A DNA stretch of 64,000 nt. It comes from Negaprion brevirostris. Its lineage: Eukaryota. The DNA lies in contig JARDVH010000132.1 in NCBI GenBank assembly GCA_030324005.1, positions 67,442,803-67,506,802 of the forward strand. Reading direction: 5' to 3'. Under the pieces are notes generated by a model, which saw only the letters and a program-made list of their open reading frames with translations, had not been told where the DNA came from and did no database searches. The position numbers and the translations under genes are program-made. Positions 27,516 to 39,100 of the stretch are shown one piece after another (positions within the stretch are counted from its first letter, which is position 1; the number at the start of each line of letters is the position of its first letter).

Positions 27516-29559
27516 AATATATTTAATATTTAGATCTGAAAGAACTGAAGTTATGATCTCTGCTGGACCCACATGGGCGACGTCAGACGCAGCTATACAC
27601 TTGGCTTCGCTGTTTTTTTTCCACACCAGTGGGCGGTTCGAGGGTCAGGCGGAAGTACAGCTTCGATCCCGAAAGAAATATTGGCGAAATAACTGGAAAC
27701 CAGACATATATATTTAGATATACAACACACACATGGGGTGGGATGCGAACAAAAAAGCCGAGGGATAGGCTGGCCCGGTAAAACCTTCGAGCATCCACCA
27801 AGAGGCAGCGACCCCCTCCCCAAATCCATAGCCGGAGGGCGCGGGAGCTCTCAGCAACTCACAGGGAAAAACAACTCCCGGTTTTATCACTAAACTCAAT
27901 TCACAACTTGTCTCGGGGTTCTTAGCAACATTCGAATCACTGATTCGAGGTGCCTGTGTCGATTGATATTGTGATTTTCGCGTCTTAATTCTGCGCTGAG
28001 AAACACATTTTGCCAGATGCCAGGGACACGGAATATCTGAAATCAGGGAAAAGAGAAACGACCCTCGCTCAACTCGGATCACTTCACACAAAAATCAAGA
28101 ATGTTCCTTCGTGCCGTCTTTTAATCCTGGCGCGAGTGCACTCCCCATGGAAACAGAGAGTTGGAAAGGAACAGACAGAGGTTACACATTGCTTTCCTGG
28201 TTGGGCAGGAGGAACTGAAACATCTGCTGCCATGAAGTATGTAAAATANNNNNNNNNNNNNNNTGGTAAAACATACACTGAACATGGCACCCATACTGTC
28301 ACAACACATACCACAGAGACGGCTTTGAAAGGCGGAGAGCCGTGATCTAACAATAAGTTATATTAAAGTGCAGATTTTATGTAACGCTTAAAACCCGACT
28401 TATGAAGAGGATACCAAGTCGCTTTACTTACATTTTGCTGCATTTTGCTGATTAACCAGACAACTGATCATGGTTTTCCACTGGGGCTGGGGTGGGGGTG
28501 GGGGGGGGGGTGGTGGAGAACAATTACAGTATAATGTACTATTGTATTCCTAAATAACACATCCCGTCGACTATACGTTAAAAAAGGACATTTCTCACAA
28601 TTTTCGCTGTGTACATTTGCTTTACCATTTAAATATGTCAGCACTCTTGTTTCATACCATACCTTGTATAGAAACATATGTAAGGACGGATCTACAGATA
28701 CACAGAGAGAAATTGGGCTGGAATATAATCTGTGCCGCATTCGTGTTCATGTTGTAATGTTGATTGGTTCAAATAGTTTTCATTTAATTTTTACTGACTG
28801 TTACCTGTCACCTTGAGAAAATCGGTATAGTTCCTATATCATCTGTAAAGACAACTTCCTTCACACATTGTTTAAATATTAGCATTAATATATTTGATCA
28901 GAGTCGCTGACTTGGGTAGGCGACGTGCAAAAACATTCTATACAGTCCTCTTTGTCGTCCATGGCTGGACTTTTTATTCGGCACATTTACTAGTCTTCCA
29001 AAAATACACTGCTAGCTGTCCAATTGTAATCAGCGCTAGAAGCCGCTGATGTGATGCAGAATGGTTTAACTCTGCTTTCTCTGCAAATACACAGGTGGAA
29101 ATGTTTTCTTCAATGTGTGCTAGGATGCAAAACAGCCGCGTTTAATCTTTACAACAATTTTATTTATGATGCAATAAATCTTAAAACCTCAGTGCATTTT
29201 CAACAGAAAATGATCGAAATTTTAGACGTATAAAATGGAGTTTACAGCGAGGTTGTTGCACCATTGACCTTGTTTGCTTTCGTATGTTCTTAATCACTTC
29301 GATTAATCGACCTCTGGTCGATTTACTCCACAAATATAAATGTACTTTTTGAATTGAGATTTAGTTATGCAATTAAAGTATGAATTAAAATCATTTTAAA
29401 AATTAGGGATGGGATGCTTTATCTAACGTATACGAGGACTGTGCAGATTTATGCATATTTTCCAGGTAATTGCACGCACACTGGCTGAAATCAAAGCTTG
29501 AAGTTATTTTTTCTCTTTGTAGATGCGGGATTCGCTTTGCTCAACTTGGCACTTTCACT

Positions 29560-29905
29560 GGATCAGATTTAAGAAGCCCCTTTAATTGGTTTATGAATAA
29601 CACAACGTCCTATTCTTTCTCTTTTGTTTCACTCTTCCTCCTGAATTTAAATAACTATCGCTCTTTAGTATTAAAAGTGGAAGAAAATTACATGTAATTA
29701 CCTTTGACTGTAAAAACGCTGTAATCAGCGGGCTACAATAAAAATTACCCTAATTATAGTCGCTTTTATGATGGTCTAAGCCTTTCTCGTGAATAATACC
29801 GTAAATTGTACCAAATATCAGCTTCAAATTGGATGGGACTGCAGCTGGAGCTTTTTGTTTAGTATTGATCGTGTTGGATTTTACATTAGATTTTCACAGT
29901 TCGAG
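29560..29905. promoter_or_regulatory. I56i (ei) ultraconserved Dlx5/6 intergenic enhancer
   Basis: Matches my recall of mammalian I56i: GAAAATTACA.GTAATTA.CTTTGAC.GTAAAAACGCTGTAATCAGCGGGCTACA...TAATTAT...GCTTCAAATTGGATGG.ACTGCAGCTGGAG. Two TAATTA Dlx-type sites at 29695 and 29751. Lies next to the Dlx6 3' end as in mammals. Confidence 0.9.
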
Positions 29906-30633
29906 TAAAGCAGTCAATATTGCCAGTGGAGTGGCGAGTCCATTAAATGAGATCAGAACCGTAGCTGATAATAGAGCTCTGTAATTTACTTCCTCGGTTT
30001 TTCTCTAGAACCAAACAACTTTACGTTGGTAAGTAATGATGGTTTTGTACATACTGCGAGTTATTGTCATTTTAGAATCTTGTGCATGTCTTTTTTTGTC
30101 AATTTTGATCAGTGGCTTTGCTTCAGTAGCTCTCAATTAGATGTGTACAGGTCCACAGTGAAACAACTTCGGGTTGTATGTCGCATGTTACCGTTTGCTT
30201 GTTTCTAGCTCATTTAATATTATTCATTTGTGAACAATATTTTAAGACAATGAAAATGTACCTATTTCTTTGCGTAGCTTCACAATATTATATTTGTGTT
30301 CAATAATTGTTTTATCAGTTGTAAAATATATTTATATAGTAGTTTCTGTGGCCTCTTTACCTTAGGCTGGATTCTTTCAATGTAAGCACATCTTCAAAAT
30401 GTGTTCTCTGAATATCGGCCATTCCGGCAAGGCTGCATTTTCGATGTTAACATAGCACAGTGATAGGCGGAGTTCTGAAATTCCCACCAGATCCCCCAGA
30501 AACAAACACTTTGGAAAAAAATATACAATCTTTACGAAGCGGGACCAGTGGTTAGCAAGTGGTAAATCGTCAAAGTACAATTCTTTCGATGTGGTTTGAA
30601 ACAACAAGACACGCATGATTTATGATTTTATGA

Positions 30634-30639
30634 TTTATT
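30634..30639 (-). terminator. Candidate Dlx6 polyadenylation signal (alternative ATTAAA at 30213-30218)
   Basis: AATAAA on the minus strand ~500 nt after the stop codon. A second, distal ATTAAA is also present. Confidence 0.45.
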
Positions 30640-31140
30640 ACCCAGTATGAAAGAGACATAAAACATAAACTATGTACAACTAAAAATCAAACAATATATA
30701 CATACAAGTTGTCATTTTATAAGCTTCCAGTGCGTCTTAGCATCACTAACCCATGCTGTTTTAAAATCAGCATAAAATCTTCCATATTGCATTCGCATGT
30801 CTGTTCATTGGCTATCATTGAATCTATGGAGGCAGTGACTGTAATGCCTACAGTCACTGACCATTCCTCCATTTCCGCCCACTGCCAGTCTGTGTTCACA
30901 TAACTTTTAGCAACTGGGATGGTTGCTAGATCTCCCANNNNNNNNNNNNNNNNNNNNNNNNNNNNNNNNNNNNNNNNNNNNNNNNNNNNNNNNNNNNNNN
31001 NNNNNNNNNNNNNNNNNNNNNNNNNNNNNNNNNNNNNTCCCATCCAAAATGGTACCATGGGCATCCGGGCATTGCCTAACGATGGGCTCCCTCTTAACCC
31101 CATTGTGTTCTGTCCATTTAGAGTCACCGGCCTCACACTG

Positions 31141-31389
31141 TCACATCATTTGTCTTTGTACGGTGTCCTGGTGAGCCGTGGAGTACCAGGGAGAATAACC
31201 AGCCATGTAATTGTTCGGGGTCATGTTAACGCCTTTGGCCGAAGTTGAGATGTCCCACACTGGTGGCATGGCTGGGGAGCGAGGGGAAAGAGCAGCCGAC
31301 CCTGGCACAGAATCATTCTCAAGAGGATTGCCGCCCTGCTTCATGAGCTTCTTAAATTTGGAGCGTTTGTTCTGGAACCAGATCTTCAC
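31141..31389 (-). CDS. DLX6: Dlx6 exon 3
   Basis: Acceptor tgttgtag. Reads [22 protein letters not shown]...[15 protein letters not shown]...[18 protein letters not shown]. Spliced CDS 735 nt = 244 aa. Confidence 0.98.
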   Translation of the reverse strand: MKIWFQNKRSKFKKLMKQGGNPLENDSVPGSAALSPRSPAMPPVWDISTSAKGVNMTPNNYMAGYSPWYSTAHQDTVQRQMM

Positions 31390-34300
31390 CTACAACATAT
31401 TTTTTTAAAAAATAAATGCAAGGGCTTTAAATGGCGGGCAGTACCTTTGATTTGAGTTCATTCAGCGTGAAGGCAAATAGTTGTGTTCGAGCAAATAATT
31501 TTGCATATATCCTTCAATCTGCATCATTTAAAAAAAATCAATGCGACCGAAACATTGCTTTACTAAAAATCATTTGCAGCTTATAAAATGTTTTCTCCTT
31601 TTCACTGACGCGGAATTTTTACCCTGGTCTGTGAAGTAATAATGAGGTAATAACACTACAAATTTCGCAGCTTCTGGCGTTAGTTTCCTCTTTAGATTGC
31701 TTTGAAATAATGCTCAGGTCATAAAGAGACACTAAAATAATACAATCATTCTAATAATTTCCACGATGTGTGGGAGACATTTCCAGATCTTCTCTCTAAT
31801 TCCCATTATAGTTAGAAAATAATATTCTGATAATCAGACATTACATGTTATACAATCTTCAAAATATTTCACCTCATTAACTTCCTTGAACATGAATGTT
31901 ACAATAAATAAATTGAACTTATTGTAAAAGCAGGACTTTCAGATTGACTAGTAAAACGATAAGGTTCAAACCGCCTGAGATTTCAATGAAGTTTAGATTA
32001 ACTATGGCTGGAATGATTAAAATACCCAAGGAGAAACATTCAGTATGTGTATTTACATCTTGAACGTCTCCTGAGTCTGACATGAAGAAATGCCACAAAA
32101 TTATAATTAACACTTAAAAAATATCGTATTGCAAAATTTCGCAGTGGAGTCATCAGCTTTCAAATGTTAATTATCCTTTCAATTAGACGCGGCAAGTCAA
32201 TAATGATATAATTTTATAATATCTACACAATGTGTGATACGTTTTAATGATTATATATCTGCTACCTTTCAACTGAGTTATTCAACATTTCTTTGTAATT
32301 ATGATCCCATTTACAGGACTATATTTTGTTTAAGTTGTTGATCATATGTGGATTCCTACATTGGGNNNNNNNNNNNNNNNNNNNNNNNNNNNNNNNNNNN
32401 NNNNNNNNNNNNNNNNNNNNNNNNNNNNNNNNNNNNNNNNNNNNNNNNNNNNNNNNNNNNNNNNNNNNNNNNNNNNNNNNNNNNNNNNNNNNNNNNNNNN
32501 NNNNNNNNNNNNNNNNNNNNNNNNNNNNNNNNNNNNNNNNNNNNNNNNNNNNNNNNNNNCGGGTAATCAACGGTGTGTTATGAACTTGAGTGATAAACTC
32601 TTTGCACAGATATAGAATGGGTCTAATTATCTATTAAATCAACTGTTTTCAAATGTGCTACACCTTAGGAAGTTTGTAATAGAGGGAACGAGTAATAACG
32701 TATTGAAAAAGAGAAACTGACAGCCACAATAAAGGGCAATGTTGCAATCCCTATTGTTGTATTTCCACTCCGTTTTAATAATGCCTGCAATATCTCAGGA
32801 AGCCTGACACCCTAAAAAACTAGGTTGTTTTGTAAGATCGAAACTAAACCAGTTGAGTTAGCAAATGTACTTGTATCTTAACAATACTGCAATAGTCTTG
32901 TGACTCAATAAATAATCCTTTTATGTTACTTTGTCTTGATTTTGAAATTATTAGCCATTACACTTTTAAGGAAACATTGTTAAACGAGATGAAAACGGTT
33001 TGCTGATGCACATTTGAATTATACGAAATACGAATATTCTAATTGGCTCCCAGTGAAGAATAATCTTGTAATCGATGTGGATAAAACATTGATTCTAGGT
33101 GCTGTGGATAGAGACGAAAAATTATAGTGACTGGCCAAGAGTCAGTTAGACCCTTAACAGACGCACAACTCTATTCAGTTGCAGACCTCCCATTGTTCTC
33201 TACCGCATCAGTGCCGGGATTTGCAAGAAGAACCAACAGAGACTGAAAATGAATCAAGGAAGCGTATTATAATAAACAACAATCCTTGACTCAATAGTCT
33301 ATTAGTAGCAAGGTTCCCAAGGCTGCGTAACCAGGATTTAAACACATTTCATACAGTTTACCGTCATGCCTTGCTACATACATGCATACCTTGTGATGAT
33401 TACCGAGCAAATGGAAAGTCATACATTAAGCTGCATTCTTCCAAACATGTTCAGCGAGCGCGCTTAGCAATTTTAAGCATGTGGGACACTTTGTTAACTT
33501 AACTCATGTTTCAAAGAGAGCACAACGGAATTCAGTTCGAGAGAGAAGTACAATAGACCCCGTGCCAAAACGTGTGGTAAGTTCCCACCGTTTAGAAACA
33601 ATACAGATTTTTCTGGTACCCCCCCCCCCCCTCCCCAACCCAATGAAGAGAATCGTCCATTTTTTTTGTAAGGAGGTTATTTTTTAGCATCATCCAGGCG
33701 CATTTTGGATAACTTGAACTTATAAACTTTAGAAAAGTAACATTTTCATGCAATGGAAGCTACGATTCAATTACAAACAGATTGTGCATGTGGTCAACTT
33801 GTGTTGAGCAGACTTATTGTGGTTTTGGATAGACTTACACTACAAGCATCAAAGTCTAAGCAAAACGTCTCTTACTGCTTCCAGCGTTAAACACGTTCTT
33901 AAATTAAATGCCAAATCATCTGATAGTCGCACTTCAAATGCCTATCCATTTTGAGGATGGATTTTCTATTAATTTCCATCCAATTATAATGTCACAAAAA
34001 GTATCACGTTAAAATGTAAAAAAAGATGAGTCTAGGCGTTCTGATTTGATTTAATTTGATATTTGTTACAGGATTAAGCTCACTTGCTGCTCTTAAAGCT
34101 GCACTTACCATTTTGATCGCTAGAGCGTTGGTTTTGATATAAATTAAAGTTATATCTAAAGATAATTATCTAAAATTGAAAGGCTGAAGTTTATTCTAAG
34201 TTAGACAATGAGATCAGAACTGAACATTCTGTGCTATATTACCGAACCACTTCATGCAGCAACATGCAGCCTCGGAGAATTTCGCTAAAGCGGTCCTCTC

Positions 34301-34430
34301 TGTGCAAGATGATTTACATAGTCACTAAATGTAACTTGTAAAAAAACTGATAGGTCACAAGAAGAGCTAACGCTGGAAGCCGGTGTTCTTCACAGCGACC
34401 TGGTAAATGGCTCTTTCCTGGGCACTGTAC

Positions 34431-34624
34431 CTGTGTCTGTGTGAGCCCCAGCGAAGCGGCCAGCTCAGCTCTCTCGGGCAAAGCCAAGTATTGAGTCTGC
34501 TGAAAACGGTGGTTTAACGCCTGCAGCTGCAGACTGGAATAAATAGTGCGAGGCTTGCGGATCTTTTTCCCTTTCCCATTAAAGCGGATCTCTCCGTTTT
34601 CAATCACTGTTGTCTTTTGTTGTT
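34431..34624 (-). CDS. DLX6: Dlx6 exon 2 (homeodomain N-terminal part)
   Basis: Acceptor ttttgcag. Reads [65 protein letters not shown]. Donor CAG|GTACAG. Confidence 0.98.
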
Positions 34625-35433
34625 CTGCAAAACAAGCATATGGTACACGATGTCGACATTCTGCACAGCGATTTCCTAAATCTACTTAAATACACATTCC
34701 TCGGGAAATCTTCCTTTCTTAGAGATATTAAAGATAAATGTTCCTTAACGGGTTTAGGAACATGAGCAACTACTAAACAATCTGGCCTGGTGAAGATAAT
34801 TTGGAAAGTTCCATTATCTTTAGACCCCCTGGCAAATTACAATAAAAAACATGTCGAGTAAAACTGCCGATCTGAAATCAGCAATTTAACAGTAAGATGT
34901 ATTAATTAATGAAACGTCAGTTGCTTGCAAATGCATGTACACGGCACCACGTAATTGACAGAGCCAACAGGGGTATACTGTTATTTGGCGACGAGAAGTT
35001 ATGTTGCATCAAATGAACAGTCAGGAGACTAAATTCCGATTACAGATTGACATCATGTCTACGGCCATCACCTTCCTGTTTACTTTCACTTCTCCGCCGA
35101 AAATTGTTACCAAATCTAATCCAAGCGTGCTGACAGACAACCCCATTAAAACATCCCAAACAAAAGAAGGAAAGAGAGCGAGTTAAATTAGTCATGGGCA
35201 CCCACTAGGAAGAAAATTTACGGAGTAATGTTCAATTCAGAATGAAGAAATCAGTAATCGAACAGAGAAAGGAAAGGGAGAAAGGAAGAGAAAATATGAA
35301 TCGAAAGGCTGAACGTGCTTGCCTTACACCGTTTAAACAATCTGCTGTTTGAATCACTAGAGAATATCACAGTTGGTTTAATCAGGACGGAAAGGCCGGA
35401 TGTGTTTTACACTGGGTATGACCGACGACTCAC

Positions 35434-35725
35434 CTGTCTCGTCTAAACGTGTCTGGCTACCAGTGTTGTTGCTGTGGTAGGACGGCAGGTAGGGACTGTG
35501 ATGAGAGTGACTCATGTAAGGATAAGGCAAGGATCTGTTGTAAGTGTTGGCGGCCGGGTACGAGCTGTCGTGCTGATGTGAGTGTCCTCCTGAGTGCAGG
35601 CAGTGCACCGGGTAGTGACCGTGAGACATGGCTGGAGAGCTCTGCTGGGACTGCTGACCAAACTCCATGAAAGCAGATTTAGAGTCCGGGGCTTCCAAAC
35701 CGTCAGCCATCGTAGTCATGGTCAT
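35434..35725 (-). CDS. DLX6: Dlx6 exon 1 (coding part)
   Basis: Reads MTMTTMADGLEAPDSKSAFMEFGQQ...NRSLPYPYMSHSHHSPYL, the Dlx6 N-terminus. Donor ACAG|GTGAGT on minus strand, phase 1. Confidence 0.97.
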
Positions 35726-35959
35726 TATAAAACTTCAACTGGGGGAGAAAAAAAAACTCTTAAAGGCGAAATACTTGTCTTTTTTCATGAATCTTCCGAG
35801 GAGAGAGCGCGAGCGTGTTAACTCCTTTTTTTGTAAGTAAAAGGTTATTTTGGGCTTCCAAGTTGAATGGAGCAAGGATGGAGTTGAGGCAGTCTTTTAG
35901 TGGATTCTGCTAAAGTTAAGGCTCTGCTTTCAGACTTGATGCAGATGCTGTAATGTGCC

Positions 35960-36100
35960 ACAAGTCGAATGGTTTGTCTCCAAAGGGCAGCAGCTCCTGA
36001 TTGGTCATCTCTTTGCCTCGTCATCCTTCTGCCACAACTACTGGATTCACTGGATGCAGTCAACAGTGGGTTAACCCGGCTAAGTTAAAACACAGCCCAA
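35960..36100 (-). promoter_or_regulatory. Dlx6 proximal promoter (CCAAT box and TGACG half-CRE)
   Basis: Minus-strand CCAAT at 36000-36004 and TGACG at 36019-36023, ~280 nt upstream of the Dlx6 ATG. Confidence 0.55.
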
Positions 36101-39100
36101 ACAACCTTCTGCAACAAGGCTAATAATTGCTCTCCTTTCACACAANNNNNNNNNNCACAAATCCAAAAAAATTATAAGCCTCAAACAACATTGTTATTTG
36201 GACAAGATTGAAAATCTGGTGTCAAAGGGCTGAATTTTTAAATAGCGTATTTCTTAATAAAGCCAAACTGCAAAGGCAACTTAAACATGAGCCAGAATTG
36301 GCCAGATGTACAGATATAAGATGCGCATGCGGGCATATTTCAAGGAGTTAATCGATATTTCGCGCTGTAGATGAAAATGTTAATTTCATCAGCGGGAGGA
36401 CGAAGACATTAACTCGTCATAAAAGAGAGTAAAGAGACCAAGAAATGTTTCCCAGTGAAGGAAATCCCCAACGCAGTCAGTTAACTCATCTTGTGTTACT
36501 GGGATCAGAACGTGTTCTACCTCTTGAAACATATGCAAATTATGAATGTGGTTGGCGATTTGGCAAATTTGAGTTAATACATAAAGTAAAGATTTAAAGT
36601 ATCTACACCTACCTCAGCAAATTAGCTAGGTTTAAATTATGAATGACTTCATTGTATTATCGATATCATTAAATACGTAACCGTGTGTTACATTTATTTT
36701 TGGATAATGTGTGTAGAGATAATTATGGTCCTACTTAGAAATACACAAAATTTATCGTGATTATTTTCGAATTGCTGCAATGAATTTTCCCACAATTGTC
36801 TTGTAATGATTATGACCGCATTTGGAATAAAGTAGTGGATATAGCATAAATTATCCTCTAATTATACGCTACTGTCGCATCAATTATCCTCTTATCAAAG
36901 TGGTTGTCTAACTGCAGCGTTTAGTTCCAATGCTCATTTCACTATAAAAAGAACTTTATAACTATCATTTACACGGCCCTTTAAATTTCATCGCACGGAC
37001 CGAACTATCCTTTCCCCGATCATCATTGGAGAGGGAAGATTCTGGGGAGATGCGGTCATGGATAAAATCATCGAGGTCTCTACTTGCAACACTTTTAAAA
37101 GTCTAGATTCAGATGACATATCAATCAGATGGAGTCTGTAGCAGCCTCATGCACACACCTGACAGATGAGGTAAGGCCAATTTAAGTACATTTTAAGGGG
37201 AAAAGCCAATATTGGGTTTAGTATACCACTCTTAATTGGAAGGGCAATTAGATAAGAATTCCTTCACTGGCAAATGAAGTGACCTCAATCTATTTAAATA
37301 ACACATTAATAGTGTGAAAGGACTCCAACGTGAATACAGCATTGTAAATATGAAACAATATATGCATGCGTGCGTTGAATAGTCTGGGGTTATCTTTAGC
37401 ACCATTACATCACCGGGCGATTTTAGTACCCTGTCTATCCGGAGTCGTATAAGGTTTCTATTTGGGATTTGGCGTTTCTTTTTATGCCTTTGGAGCCACT
37501 TCATTGCCTCTGAATATATCTGGCTATCTCCTATTTTTTAAATCTTTGCTTTCCAATTAACACGAGAGAAGGAAATCTGACCCACATCACAGGATAAAAC
37601 AGGCAATTCAAGTTTACAATTTGACATATAGACAGTTTATATCTTTCAGTAAGTCGAGGGATGTTTTTCAACTCAGTGGATTACTCGTCGATTTCAGTTT
37701 CACAAAGATAACTAACCATTGATTTGTGTCCAGTTGGTCAGAGACAGACCTTCAGCAAACACAGGCCTGTGTAATAGTGACTGTAATAATACAGAAAAAA
37801 AACATGGTCGGGTTTTGGGGGGAGACATCAAAAACGAAGGTGCAAATCTAAACTGCCCAATGTCTTTCTACATTATTCATGAATACTCCAGGAAACGGAG
37901 ATACGGAACTTTAAAACAAATGTTTTTTTTGTAAACGAGTGGAAAGTAGCAGAGGTCCAGAGACGTTAAGCAACTTAACAATAACTTGTGGACTGATATT
38001 CGGATCAGCAAACGTTAGGATTAAAACTAATTACATAACATATTCCAGTGTGCTTTCTGATGACACTACAGGCGCAACATCCAAAGTAAACAATGAATTT
38101 CCTTGACGGGATAGTGTTACATTGATGTGGAGGTACCGGCGTTGAACTGTTTTACATTAGCATAATATTACATTATTAGTAATACGTTTGTTATTATTTT
38201 TAAACCATTGACTTTAATAAATAAAATGTATTGTATTTTACACCCTTAGTGATTAAACAGTATAACACTAAACTAGTAAGTCGCTCTTGTGAATGACTTC
38301 AGTGATGGGACCACACCTTTGATAGTACAGTAAATGTAAGGCAGAGCCTATTTCAATAGAGCCACTGAGGTGTTAGAATCTTTACTTCTGCGCTTCATTG
38401 CCAACAGCGATTTGTTCCTTAAGTTTTGATTAAGTCTGGGCATTATCCTAAAGGGCACTTTGTTGTCTGGTGTTATTTCTCCCACCGAGAAGTTAAATTC
38501 GTGACGATAAATGGGCTAGAACAGTTCAGGACAGAATGCGGCTGCATTTTAAAACCTATACTTTTGTTTCTGTGGCAGGTGCAACTCGGCATTGACACAC
38601 CGCACTGTAGCTAAACTAAGTGTTCAAATACATACCGAGCACATGGCCAAATACACACGCTTTAATCATCATGATTAATCAGACAAGAAATATTACGCGT
38701 GATCAGTATTATATGACAAGTTGCAATGCACTCGCCCAGGCATCATTGTTTCTCATTTTAAAATATATCGATGTGCAGATGTACTGAATCTATATGTAAA
38801 GAAGTATGAACGTCTGCGGTTCGTGCGTTTGGAATGTTGTGTATAAATTATATCCGGTACATTAGCGAATCTTTTAAAATAACTCTGATACAAACACAAT
38901 TCTGATACAATAAAGTACACATAACCAAGATCTAATTTGTTTGTTAGGGCTGCTATAATCAGTCCTACGATATGACTGTCTCAAAATAAAACGTGCGGTC
39001 TCTCTTGTTGAATATGACAGGATTCAATTTTGACTGAATTGATATAAACACAGCTCTGTGAACAAATACAGATCACAGACGAAGTTACAACATGTGCGAC

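Noticed and set aside
33100-33260. Possible ancient SINE remnant in Dlx6 intron 2
   Set aside because: The resemblance is too vague to assign by eye.
37531-37541. Possible MEF2 site CTATTTTTTAA nearer Dlx6
   Set aside because: It has one base too many for YTA(W)4TAR. The site at 42213 fits exactly.
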